From Ruditapes philippinarum (taxonomy: Eukaryota), in assembly GCF_026571515.1 (NCBI RefSeq), contig NW_026861111.1, forward strand, positions 1 through 64,000: 64,000 nucleotides of DNA, read 5' to 3'. Of this stretch, positions 42,801 to 54,895 are shown piece after piece. The translations under genes and the position numbers were made by a program. Every line of letters begins with the position of its first letter. The stretch's first letter is position 1. The notes beneath the pieces are model-generated. The model searched no databases, was not told where the DNA came from, and was given only the letters and a program-made list of their open reading frames with translations.

Positions 42801-44032
42801 CAAAATCAGAATCAATATTTTCATTTAATACATGCATATTTTAAAATTGCTCCCTGTCAAAAAATACTAACAGCACATGTTTGTTTGGCTCAGTAGTTCA
42901 AAATATTATTTCTACTAATGTTTCCTTATAATAATGATACCATTTTGGTTAGTTCCAGGAAACAGACATTAAGAGAATGGCACGAACAGCTCAAAGCGTT
43001 CATAACAATAGGAAGCTTACTAACAAGAGGACCATGATGGCTTTGGATCGCTCACCTGAGATTCTTGCAGTGCTCAGATGAGCTGCATATGCTGCCATTG
43101 CAATATAGATGAAAGTTTTATTCTGGGACTTGAACACACAACTACAAACACAAGATATAAAACGATAGTGTATAAATTGTACTATAACATACAATATTTG
43201 GTATAGAACGTTATTGGTCATATAAAACAATATTTGAAACTCAAACTCTTCTGAAAACACATCCATAAATCAAAAATTTCTACATTTCTACATTTTATTT
43301 TCAATCAACAGGAAATATTTTATTTTCAATCAACAGGAAATGCTCCCCTTACATTATTTTTCTTTCTTTTCAGCTTGTTCCTTTTTGTGATACATTAAGC
43401 TTGTAAAGGACTCCACAGACAATTTTTGACATTACTGGAAATATTTTTTTGAGATTTATGTTCCATTTGATAAAGGTCTAGACCAATACTCTGAGTGCAA
43501 AATTTCAGAACATTCGACCACTCTGTTTTTCCAGAGTGATTTCTTCCCTAAATGTGAAAAATGAATCAAAATGAAAAGCTGTTAAAGGCATTTTACAGTT
43601 AAGACAATGTTTTATCAATGAAGCAGACAGACTGACCTTAAAATCAACAGGGACCATTTACTTGCCAGTCAAACCTTCACACCAAATCTTTGGACTGTAC
43701 ACTAAAGCGTCAAGTAATCGCCATTAGTGACCTTGACCTTAACAGTTAAATTCAACTAGGTTTAAGTTGTTCAAGTCTCAGGGACTTTAAACAAACAGAC
43801 TGAAATTGACTAAAAACCTTATCAAAATTGAAAATAAAAGTGATCTCAAGTCATATGATGGTTTGTACTCGTAAAAGTCGAAATAGTCGTTTACATTTCT
43901 CCCAGCGTAGTCTTTATTTAAAGTCGATGAAGTACAGTACAGTTTTGGAAGTCGTCTACTTTTGTCACATTCACAAGACATAACAGTTGTATTCGTTGTT
44001 TTTGCTGTTGTAGCCGCAATTGAAGTCATACA

Positions 44033-44340
44033 TACGAAGGACCGCTGGGGGCATTTCAACTTCATGAATTCCAGATTTCAGCTTCATGAATTCTCGATTT
44101 CAACTTCAAGAATTCACGATTTCAACTTCATGAATTCACGATTTCATCTTCACGAATTCACGATACCAAATTCAAATCGTGAATTCGTGAACTTAGTGTC
44201 GTGAATTCATGAAGCTGAATCGTGAATTCGTGAATTCCGTATTTTGAAAACGGGAATTCACGAAGTTTAAATTGTGAATTCATGAAGATGAAATCGGGAA
44301 TTCATGAAATTTAAATGGCCCTACCGGTCTTACTTACATA
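44033..44340. mobile_element. Palindromic MITE made of ~22-bp repeats in inverted arms
   Basis: atttcaacttcatgaattcacg about 5 times forward, then reverse-complement copies. Ends are ggaccgctgggggcattt / aaatggccctaccggtc. A related fragment lies at about 5320-5395. Confidence 0.7.
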
Positions 44341-44395
44341 AACGATAAAACTTGTACATTTTGTATTACAAGTATCTTACATTAAGAATAGAGTT

Positions 44396-44654
44396 TCAAT
44401 ATTTTCTTGGTGGCGGTGGTGTCTGATAATCTGTATTCAATTTGTTGCAATTGACTGACTCATAAAGTGAACCTTGTGCTGAAAAATGTACACTATGATA
44501 TTCATGAATGCTATTCTGGTCACATGATGCGATGTTGTTATTCAATGCTGATTGGCTATTTGTGTCCAGGCACGTGTAAATGTTTTCATTCGCTGATGAC
44601 GTAAAATTGGCGTCTTCGTAATTGTCAGGAGTTGACTTCCGCTTCCGGTATCGT
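44396..44654 (-). CDS. C-type lectin receptor, last exon (cytoplasmic tail)
   Basis: Acceptor gatatgcag|acga, phase 2. RYRKRK stop-transfer, Tyr motifs YEDA, YTCL, YHSV, SLYESV and YQTP, ending PPPPRKY*. Confidence 0.85.
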
Positions 44655-45157
44655 CTGCATATCAAAGAAAAATTAACAAAATTTAACTATGAAAGTTGGG
44701 CAAACAAAACAAATTTTAAAATACCTGATCAATATATGTAATCATAAAACTACATGTATATATTTTTACATTTCTCGCATTAACCCGACGCAAGCTAAAT
44801 ATGGTACAGAAATTTTCAAAATATTAAGACGGACAGACGAACAGAAAACGTGTTTTATACAACTGTCAAACGGTCTTTTTCTTCATTTTATCACATGGGC
44901 TTAATATAAAGCAAGACGGGTTATATCTTAAATACTACAAATTATGATATATCTGCTAGGAAATATGCTGTGCTTATTATTCATGGTTATGTAATTTATA
45001 AAAAATGTAAACTTTTTTGTAGCTAAAGATAAGAAAATACGTTCAACACTAAATGATAAATTGACCGTTTATTGCTTGACCTTTGTTTTTCAAGAAGCAA
45101 TACGTGTACAGTTCATGTACATAGAAACCCCCTCAAATACTGTAGTACTAGCAATAC

Positions 45158-45326
45158 CTTAGATAGATGAAAGAACCGGCAACGAGCAGGGCTATCAAAC
45201 ATATCACCGTCAATGTTGAAACAACTGGTACAGTAAATTTATTCTCATTTTGTCTCAACGTATCAGATTCTGTGGCTACAGTAGTTGCCAAAGTTGTTGT
45301 TGTGGTAGTAGTTGTGGTGGACATAT
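45158..45326 (-). CDS. C-type lectin receptor, Thr-rich stalk and transmembrane exon
   Basis: ttaccag|at...ctaag|gtattg; (D)MSTTTTTTTTTLATTVATESDTLRQNENKFTVPVVSTLTVICLIALLVAGSFIYLR; phase 1 to 2. Confidence 0.88.
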
Positions 45327-45909
45327 CTGGTAAAGTAGAAAATTTAATACAAACAATGCATTCTTTCACATTGATTTTATCTCAGTGCAGGAACACATTA
45401 CTTAATATACCTAATTACAATAATAATTTATTCTTGATTTCAATTTACTTCAGCTTCATTTTACTGTATAATTCGCTAGTCATCATTAACTCTTAACAAA
45501 TCGTTTTTGTTTCGTTACATAAGCATTGATACATAAGTTTCTGGTATATCTGAAATAAGAAGGCCTGAATATAACTTTTTTATGGCCTTTTATAGTATTT
45601 AACCGGTCACATGTGGTGTTAGAACAACCGCACGTTCTCCAAGGACGAAACTTGCGAGTTTCCCGATCCAAATGCTTTAGTTATGATATACCTATTTATC
45701 TGTTTATTCGGTTTGACGTGTGTATTGTGCTTAAAATAAAGCAATGAAATAAGTACTAAAATAACGATCTGGAAGATGCTATTTATAGAGGGGAAAAGAA
45801 CCGCTTTAATCTGCGTGGCTAAGTCGCAATACCAACTCATTTAAGCCTTATATTTTGCCCATTGCCATCTACACAGAGTAAAAACTAAATCACTTTATCA
45901 TTGTAGAAA

Positions 45910-46045
45910 GTTTATGGGTTCGATCCCCGGGAGATGCTTTGGTAGTTTAGCACGGAGGAAGGTAGTCTAGTACTGGTGTAACTCTCCAGGAACGATGGTT
46001 AGGAAACTACCCGCCTATATGACTGAAATACTGTTGGGAAAAGGC
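45910..46045 (+). mobile_element. Truncated SINE
   Basis: B box gggttcgatcccc, ...atgactgaaatactgttg...ggcgtaaaa, and an (aaac)n tail. Confidence 0.55.
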
Positions 46046-46108
46046 GTAAAATGAAACAAACAAACATACAGGAAGTAGATGCGACCTACTAGTCTGCCTT
46101 ATACTTAC

Positions 46109-46258
46109 CTTTCTTCTTACATATAAATGGCATTCTTTCGTCACAACGATAATCATTTAATAGGCCACGATATTTTGATTTAAGACTAATCTCCACACAG
46201 TCTTCCCCAAAGAATGAATCAAAGAACCCATCTTCAACATTGGCATTGTCTGGGTTTC
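46109..46258 (-). CDS. C-type lectin domain exon 3
   Basis: ttttccag|ga...aaag|gtaagt; (G)NPDNANVEDGFFDSFFGEDCVEISLKSKYRGLLNDYRCDERMPFICKKK; 150 nt, phase 1-1. Confidence 0.92.
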
Positions 46259-46419
46259 CTGGAAAAAAAGAGAAACCAGTTGGTTGATAAAGTAAAAAAC
46301 ATTACACCTTAAAAACTGCTGTCTATTAATTACACCACCTGCTTTAAAGTGTATAAAGAATATGGTAAAAATGGACGCTGGTATATATACGTGAAAGGTC
46401 TATATGTATCATTATATTT

Positions 46420-46572
46420 GAGCCGCGTCATGACAAAACCAACATAACGGGTTTGCGACCAGCATGGATCCAGACCAGCCTGCGCATCCGCGCAGTCTGA
46501 TCAGGATCCATGCTGTTCGCTTACAAACCCTATAGCAAGTAGAGAAACTGAAAGCGAATAGCATGGATCCTG
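46420..46572. mobile_element. Truncated copy of the Sola-like MITE
   Basis: Matches the left two-thirds of 50308-50541. Confidence 0.8.
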
Positions 46573-46593
46573 AATTATCTTATGGTATCTTAC

Positions 46594-46719
46594 CTGGCCA
46601 CCACTCGAATCTGTCTATGTCTGCTTGTGAATTATTTACCCATCTCCAGTCACCTTCATCTCCATCATCAGATATTCCTATCCAGACACCATGTGCTCTG
46701 ATTCTTCTTAACAAGTTAT
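46594..46719 (-). CDS. C-type lectin domain exon 2
   Basis: ttttgacag|at...ccag|gtaaga; (D)NLLRRIRAHGVWIGISDDGDEGDWRWVNNSQADIDRFEWWP; WIG and EG-x-WRW motifs; 126 nt. Confidence 0.93.
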
Positions 46720-46721
46720 CT

Positions 46722-47150
46722 GTCAAAATATTTGACATTTAATGAATTGCTAGTAATATTTGACATTTACTGTAATTGCTGTTAATATTTTACATTTAAT
46801 GTAATTGCTAGTAATCATTGACATTTTATAAAATCGCTACTTATTATTTGACATTTAATTTAATTGCTAGTAAATATTTCACATTTAATGGAATTGCCAG
46901 TTAATATTTGACATTTAAAGTAATTGCTAGTAAAATATTAATCATCTTTTGTAATTGCTAGTAAATATTTGGCATTTAATGAAATTGCTAGTACATATTT
47001 GACATTTAATGTAATTTCTTGCAAATATTTGACATTTAATGCAATTGCTAGTAAATAATTCAATGTAATTGCTAGTACATATTTGACATTTAGTGTGATT
47101 GCTATTAAGTATTTGACATTTAATGTAATTGCTAGTACACATTTGACATT
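46722..47150 (-). repeat. ~30-bp minisatellite (~14 copies) abutting the lectin exon acceptor
   Basis: + strand unit tttgacatttaatgtaattgctagtaaata. On the - strand each unit reads aaatgtcaaatatttactag|caattac, in register with the real aaatgtcaaatattttgacag|ataac. Confidence 0.88.
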
Positions 47151-47702
47151 GTGTTAAATATTTGATATTGTATGTTCATATTTGAAATTGGACAAGCAGG
47201 AGACGCTATAGGCATTGGTCAATGTTTTTATATTTTTACAACAACAACAACAACAACAATGATAATAATAACGACGACGACATTAACAAAAATAAGACAT
47301 ACTCGTAACATTACAGGTAATATTCAAATATATATGATATATGAACGAATTAATTGCGACATATTTATGTTAAAGCAACTCAACACAGGTCTAGAAGCTT
47401 AAAAACATAAATTTTAAATCTCCTACATAGATCAACTGGGGCACTTAAAACAAAAAGAAATACAAAACTAAGTAACAAATATACTTAGAAATAGATCGGA
47501 AATCGCATTTTTGTGCTTTTCGTATTCCGATTAAAGCTTTTTCAATTTTGGGACATTTTTTTCACTAGAATGAGCGAATGATCTGAATTTTACACAAGTT
47601 TCTGGTTAAGAACTCCATCAAATGGAGCATTGATTTCGAAAAAATAAATCCCAGTCCCGTCATGTAAAAAAAAACTCAGGGGAGTCACTTTAAGAAGTTT
47701 AC

Positions 47703-47885
47703 CTTTTATGAACATTTGTTCTGTGTAGTCATATAAATCTGTAAGTTCCGCGTCTTGTTTTGAACAAAAGTCTTTAGCGTCTTCCCATTCTAATCTTGGT
47801 GTTGTATATAGTTTGTAGCATACTCCAAATCTGTCGTACGGAACCCATTTCTCCTCGCAGCATTCCGGTGTTTGTATATAAATAC
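47703..47885 (-). CDS. C-type lectin domain exon 1
   Basis: tattccag|gt...aaaag|gtaaac; (G)IYIQTPECCEEKWVPYDRFGVCYKLYTTPRLEWEDAKDFCSKQDAELTDLYDYTEQMFIK; 183 nt, phase 1-1. Confidence 0.93.
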
Positions 47886-48114
47886 CTGGAATATATAATT
47901 ATATAGTTCTTTAATTTTATAATAGAAAAACAAGCCAGGAAAAGTAACCCACGTTATGCATCAGAAACAAATAATTGTTTTCTTCTTTAAAAAGGACGAA
48001 CTGGCGTTTTGTAACATTAAAATGTAATGGTTTTAAAGCATGCTAGCTCGTTTTATTACCTACCTTACGAGTGAAATTATTTCTCATATAGTAGCAAAAT
48101 GTTAAGATAAAAAG

Positions 48115-48230
48115 TCACAATAATTGTACTTATTGCCAAACAGGAAAAGAAGCAAGATATGGTTCAGGTAACTGGCCAGTCAGTAACTCTTTAGAAACTA
48201 TAACGGGACACCAACTTGGACATACAGGAC
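48115..48230 (-). pseudogene. Degenerate signal-peptide-like exon upstream of the lectin
   Basis: Acceptor ttttcaaag|gtcc. Reads (CTG)ASYLNHILLLFL then loses frame; no ATG. Homologous to 61763-61870. Confidence 0.4.
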
Positions 48231-50307
48231 CTTTGAAAAAATAAGTTCACATAGTTTAAAGGCACTCTACGCCCCATAAATAAATATTTCTTTTAATTCT
48301 TTAGAAATGTCAAACATGTGTTTAATAGTGTTTGTATAATGGATTTAGAGCATGTTAGATGTTTAATAACTGAAGAAAGTAGCGCTGAACGTGCAATAAT
48401 GTGTCATAAAGGTAGCAAAATGTAAACTTCCATACAAACTACTGATTCACTATAATTATACAAATTGCCAACAAAACTATAGTAACTGTTGCAAAAAATA
48501 TATGGCAAATAAGTATTACTTTGAAATCTGTAACAAAAAAATAAATGCACCCTTAATGTAAATTATATTTGGCGAACTAAAAGAAATCACGAATACATTT
48601 ATAATGAAAATACGTTAAAACATAAAACTTAGCTAAAAGAATTTAAAACATGTACACACAATTGTGAACACACGCACACTCAGTTGTGTTAATTAGTGTA
48701 CCTTTTCAAAGACGGTGCTTGTGCACGCACACACACTCGCACACTTGTGCGCGCACAATGGCCTAAAAGAAGTTGCCCCTTGTTTTGTCAATGCTGTCTG
48801 GTCATAACAACCAAAACAACATCCTCTCTTTTACGCTAACACATGGATACAAAGAAATAATATTTCCTTTCATTTTTATAACGAACAAATTAAGTGTCAT
48901 AGATTATACACATGCGCATATGTTTCTATATACATGTATCTAAATGTTTTTTGAATATATACTTAGAAAATGAAATTCCTGCTTCATTCGGTTTAAGCTA
49001 TGAGATGTACTATGATATGTACTAACGAAACTATAACTATGTACTAACGAGAGGTTCAGAAAATGCTAGAATTATCGTGAAAAATCGCTAAATATTGTCC
49101 ATTGACGGACCAAAATAAAAACTGATTTTCGTAAAAAACGTTCTTACCTATTACACTTATCCATATTAAGAGATTTACCATTTTGTTTAAGTAAAATTGC
49201 TCTTTGTTACACCATTGAACACTAGTTATTACTAATACCACATTTGGTAAAATGAATGAAAAGTATGGAACACAAAATATGTCATTAGGAGTTTGAAGTG
49301 TCTTCTCTCAAAACGAGGCAAAAACGCGCTTTGTGATTCCCTTTTAACAAAACGAAACATGCTTATGAGATTTATTGCACTTGATTTATCTATAAGAGAC
49401 ATTTTTACCAGTTTAACAGCCTTAGTGTTAGACGCATTAATGCACATATAATACGTGTATAAAACACATTTTGCATTAGGATTGAATTTTTTCTTCTTTA
49501 TGTGTTTCGTTATATTTCAATCATGGATTTAAAGGATGCTTATCATCGGAAGTAAGTAGCTTGGTGTGACTACTTAATCACTTAAATTGTACAAAAAGCA
49601 AGAAAAAAAAGTAATAATACTTTAAAAATATGTTATAAGAAGAAATAACAGTGAATATTTTACATATATGGACTTTTTTGCTGGTGAATATGATGTGATA
49701 TGTACTGAAGAAAAAATATGAAATAATTTGCATTTGACGTTCCATAGAAGTGTACGTGCGTTCTAGTTATTACTTCCGGTTAGTAAGACTTCTGACCGAT
49801 CTGTTAAGTAGTCCCGGAAAGACAATAAGGTCATAAAACTTAGTCATCAACGTTATGATGTTTATAATTTAGGTATATTTGTATCAATTATAGTTGTTTA
49901 ACAATACGTCCATTATGAAATTGGCACTAAAATATTCCAGCCTAGCCCATGGGTTTGGGAAGGCAAGGGTGGATGGGGGGGGGGGGTACATCCCTGAAGC
50001 CAGTGCCTTAATGAGACACTGCCATGTAATTTTAAAACACTAATTGTAAACACATGTTCAAATACTTACAAGCATGTCTAAATATTAAAACCAAACGTTC
50101 AAATGTCTTAACGAATGTGACATGTACATGTATATGGCAAACTTCAAATATGTATTTCGCTACACTAAATTTAGTAAATACATGTGTGTACTCAATATGT
50201 ATAACGTATTAGTTTGACGTAAACATCAAATTCTTTTTACTTAACAAAACGTCAAAATATCTAACAAAAACACACGAACTCACAAATATTCATCCCGACG
50301 TTCAAAT

Positions 50308-50541
50308 GAGCCGCGTCAAGACAAAACCAACATAATGTGTTTGCGACCAGCATGGATCCAGACAAGCCTGCGCATCCGCGCAGTCTGATCAGGTCCATGC
50401 TGTTCGCTTACAGACCCTATAACAAGTAGAGAAACTGATAGCGAACAGCATGGATCCTGATCAGACTGCGCTGATGCGCAGGCTGGTCTGGATCCATGCT
50501 GGTCGCAAACTTATTGTGTTGGTTTTGTCGTGACGCGGCTT
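50308..50541. mobile_element. Palindromic MITE, Sola-like
   Basis: gagccgcgtca...tgacgcggctt with ~100-bp inverted arms and a 4-bp AAAT duplication (50304-07, 50542-45). GAG terminus. Other copies at 46420 and 63831. Confidence 0.85.
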
Positions 50542-50883
50542 AAATGTATTCAAACGTATACACAAACGTATACAAGTAAATGTGGAGATAAAAAATCACT
50601 TCAAATCAGATTCACAACCAACAATATCTAGTGTTAGTCTAAGAACACACATGGAACGAGTCCTTCCAAGGAATCCTATACATGTATTTCATTTTAATCG
50701 CATTACACTTCCTGACTTTTCTCTATTATCACTTTACTTCATTTTGTATGGGATTTTCATGCAGTCATTCATCCTTGAGAAATTCTTTCCGTCATGGGCC
50801 ATATGGATTCTGGTGTGTGCAAAACAAACAATGTGTATCTATGAATGGAATGTCACAAAACTGGCTCAAAATATTTATCAAGT

Positions 50884-53800
50884 TGTGGTGCGGGGTTTAT
50901 TAAGTTACAACGGGGGTGGAGGGTGAGGTTGATTTCCGTGTTCATGCTATTCTTTAAATAAAACACTTCTGTGCCGTAGGTTTCAATGTCCATAATATTT
51001 TTTAACAAATAATTGTGTGTCGTATTTTCTCCGTAGTATAATAATATTCCGTAAACTTGTAATTATCAGTTGTCTATTCATCTTTGGTATTAATTTAAAA
51101 ATCCTTTTGGCATCATAAACACACAACTCAGTAAGTCCTTTTCTTGTTGTTGTTTTTTTTAATTTCCTTTTTTCATATTTACATCAACAGTTCTGACCGG
51201 TCAAAATAACAAATATATATTTACATGTACATTAAAATGCACCGCAGAAAACTGCGGACTTAAACCGTCACATGTTAAGTGTCTGACTGCCTGAACCCTC
51301 TATATAAAAAAAATTCTTCTCTTTTATTAATACAAATATAATTGTTACAAAGGTTTCAATAATTAACCAATGAAAAAATGACCTTAGACGGGAAAATATT
51401 AACCAATGAAAATACATTTTATCAAATATGAAATTATTGATTTGACCAATAAAAATGGTTCGATTAAAACTGATTAACACGTTAGATGTCAAAAGTCAGC
51501 GGCCTGTTAATTCCTTTCTTTAAGTTAAACAGATAATCAGATAAGAAAACTTCAAATAAATGTCGTAGATAAAATTAATGATAATTTATATATTTCTGAA
51601 TTTCAATAATTTAAAAACTTTTTATAACATAAACAAGAAAATATAATAATTTTACGAAAAGTATTTTGAAAGAATCAAATGGAAAAAATACAGCATAACA
51701 TCACCTCCTCCTCTATTTTACTTTATTCCATAAAGTGAGAGGTTCCTTATATATATTAAGACAATAAAAGTGATTACAACAAGTACAATGTATTATGTGC
51801 TTATGTAGAGGGCTATATTAGAGTGGAGTTGATCTCAACACATTGTTCTGTTTTATTAATCAAAGTTACTTTCTTAGTGGAATACCACAAACAATATGTT
51901 TAATGTGCACAGGTTATCCTGAGTTAAATTTAGTGGAAAGCCACAATGTTATCTCTTGGAAATCCAAAATCTAACTTTAATTCAACACAGCATTTGTTAA
52001 ATTCATTGTGCTATTTTCTTTTTGTGAACTCACAAAAATCCTATTTGCTTACTACATTATAGAATCAACTTTAACATAGCTATACCTCAGCATGTAATAA
52101 TTAAGACATAATATATATTAAGCTATTTTGTAATTTTAAAATACCAGTATAAAAACCAGACATTATAGTCTATAAGTATTAATATCACAAAGCAAATTAT
52201 ATTAACAAAGTACATGCTAATTTATAGAAAGTTTACAAGTTTCATCAACATCTAATGATTAGGTCTTTAAAAATATATATTTCATCTTTTCATGATTATA
52301 CAATAATTCAACATCAATTCGTCAACGAATGCCTTATATAGACGATACTTCATAATACTTTCATTTTTTTTTCTACTAAACAATTTTAAGTAGCATCACC
52401 CATCATCAAACATAATGCAATTATCAACACATGCAACTCTTACTAGATACCGAAGTGGCACATAAAATCATGATGAAGAAAATCATTCCGACCAATGACA
52501 CTAAAACACAAGCAAACCACTACTTTAGACACCAACCGAACCAAATACATGTATCGTCGACGCATACACCATTCAGTAACCATAGATAAGACTTAAAAAA
52601 AAGAATTCACACACACTCGATCCACTAACAGAAATTTACATACAAAATCTTATATATAATGATGATGTCCAAAATAAGCAGATGCAAAGTTTGAACCCCA
52701 AAGCCCAGAAATGACACTACAATCATATTTTTCAAAAGAAAATAAATCATACGTCCACATTATCAATAAAATAAAGTCAAATGTTAGGCAAACATACCTT
52801 TAAGACAATACTGATATTAAGTATCTGAGAATTAAAAACATGTGAATTGATAAAACAAAATGTTCTGTAATTTATATGTTTTCCTTTGACCGCTTCATCT
52901 CTCCATACATTTCGTCTGATAATATCCGGTTAAGTCTTCAACTTTAAATTATCCATTTCCGCATTCGTTTATTGAATTTTTAGTTCCTATATTTCGTCTT
53001 GTTTTTTTTTTAATTAAAAATTTGTCATAACCACTTTACAAAAGTTTCTTCTACTTGTCTTGCATTCATGTTCCCTTAAAGCTTAAATTAATTATTACTG
53101 CAAATGTTCCTGGTTCCTAAACGTCCTTGGAATGACGATAATTTTGTCTATCACTTTGTATCGTTTCGTTTCGTGGGGAATAATTAAAAAAATACAGCAT
53201 AACATCTCTTCACTCGCTTGGCTGCTGATTCGAGGTACCGAAATACTCGCCTCTCTTCTTCACCATGTGTGGTGCGGGGTTTATTAAGTTACAACGGGGG
53301 TGGAGGGTGAGGTTGATTTCCGTGTTCATGCTATTCTTTAAATAAAACACTTCTGTGCCGTAGGTTTCAATGTCCATAATATTTTTTAACAAATAATTGT
53401 GTGTCGTATTTTCTCCGTAGTATAATAATATTCCGTAAACTTGTAATTATCAGTTGTCTATTCATCTTTGGTATTAATTTAAAAATCCTTTTGGCATCAT
53501 AAACACACAACTCAGTAAGTCCTTTTCTTGTTGTTGTTTTTTTTAATTTCCTTTTTTCATATTTACATCAACAGTTCTGACCGGTCAAAATAACAAATAT
53601 ATATTTACATGTACATTAAAATGCACCGCAGAAAACTGCGGACTTAAACCGTCACATGTTAAGTGTCTGACTGCCTGAACCTCTATATAAAAAAAATTCT
53701 TCTCTTTTATTAATACAAAATAAATTGTTACAAAGGTTTCAATAATTAACCAATGAAAAAATGACCTTAGACGGGAAAATATTAACCATTGAAAATACAT

Positions 53801-54083
53801 TTTATCAATTATGAAATTATCGATTTGACAAATCAAAATGGATTTATTTAGACTGATTAACACGTTAGATGTCAAAAGACAGCGGCCTGTTAATTCCTTT
53901 CTTTAAGTTAAACAGATAATCAGATAAGAAAACTTCAAATAAATGTCGTAGATAAAATTAATGATAATTTATATATTTCTGAATTTCAATAATTTAAAAA
54001 CTTTTTATAACATAAACAAGAAAATATAATAATTTTACGAAAAGTATTTTGAAAGAATCAAATGGAAAAAATACAGCATAACA
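50884..54083 (-). mobile_element. Non-autonomous (non-coding) LTR retroelement
   Basis: ~817-bp direct repeats at 50884-51700 and 53268-54083 with TG...CA ends and a 4-bp TSD AAGT. On the - strand: PBS-like tggtgaagaagagagg (53265-53250) and PPT agaggaggaggtga just before the 3' LTR. The 1.57-kb interior has no ORF. Confidence 0.9.
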
Positions 54084-54415
54084 AAGTTCTCACGAAATCT
54101 GACTTAACATACATGGAACATTGAGTTGAGCTTTAACGGGTATCAGCAGAAACACGGATTTATATTGTAATATAAATCCGTGGCAGAAAGGAGGTTGATT
54201 AATGTACGGACCCCGAACAGTGCCCGACACAAGATAAAGTAGCAAAGCATGCTCCATCATCAATGATTTATTCTCTTTATCATTTCAAACTTTCTTTTTT
54301 TTCGTCTCGAATTTTTGAAGTTTTATCAGACGAAAGCCATGACTGAATGACTGACCGGCCGGCCAGAGGGCTGGCTGGCTGACTGGCTCACTAAATGGAC
54401 GAATAACAAAACGAA

Positions 54416-54494
54416 CCAATGAAGATAAGACTGTCAGAAAGACATCAGGGTATATTTAAACGGGTCGTGTTTTTTTCCATTTCACAGCAGGAAA
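54416..54494 (+). promoter_or_regulatory. Putative promoter and short non-coding first exon of the LRP-like gene
   Basis: CCAAT at 54416, TATA-like tatatttaaa at 54451, Inr-like ccatttc about 25 nt downstream, donor aaa|gtaaga at 54495. Motif spacing only. Confidence 0.3.
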
Positions 54495-54837
54495 GTAAGA
54501 ATAACTCCGCATTTTGTGTAACAATTAGAAACTGAATACTAGTAAAAACTTATACAAGTAGGTGATTTTGTAAGTTATTGTCACCGGGAAGGTGTATCAA
54601 TTTTGCTATGTTTCCCTTTTCGTATCACGGATTATTTTAATGTTATACGTGTAATAAATACAAAACTCTTTACTTTTATTCGATTAATGGCTGGCAATTC
54701 CAAGTTTAGTTTCCAACATGTATCAAGTTTCAATATTATTTCTACTAATCGTGTATACCTCGACAGCACGAGAAAAGCATGCGTTTCCGTGATTGAATTG
54801 TTCTACACATACGAGCAGACGACAGGGACAGCACAGC

Positions 54838-54895
54838 ATGAAATATACACGTTCACTTATATTTTATGCTCTCATTTTGCAGACTTTGTGTTCAG
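54838..54895 (+). CDS. LDLR/LRP-like gene, signal-peptide exon
   Basis: ATG...MKYTRSLIFYALILQTLCS followed by cag|gtaagt; phase 1, joins in frame to 57600. Confidence 0.75.

Noticed and set aside
45167-45496. Val-rich + strand ORF
   Set aside because: Antisense shadow of the lectin Thr-stalk/TM exon.
46942-47142. Cys-periodic ORF (IKCQICTSNY repeats) resembling zinc fingers
   Set aside because: It is the translation of the 30-bp intronic minisatellite.
52799-52825. 27-nt exon-like segment on the - strand (ttctcag|...aaag|gtatgt)
   Set aside because: It lies inside the LTR element's interior and does not give an open phase-1 frame for the lectin.
51268-53875. Duplicated ORFs MTSNVLIS... at 51268 and 53585
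   Set aside because: Chance frames inside the two LTRs, with non-ATG starts and an indel between the copies.
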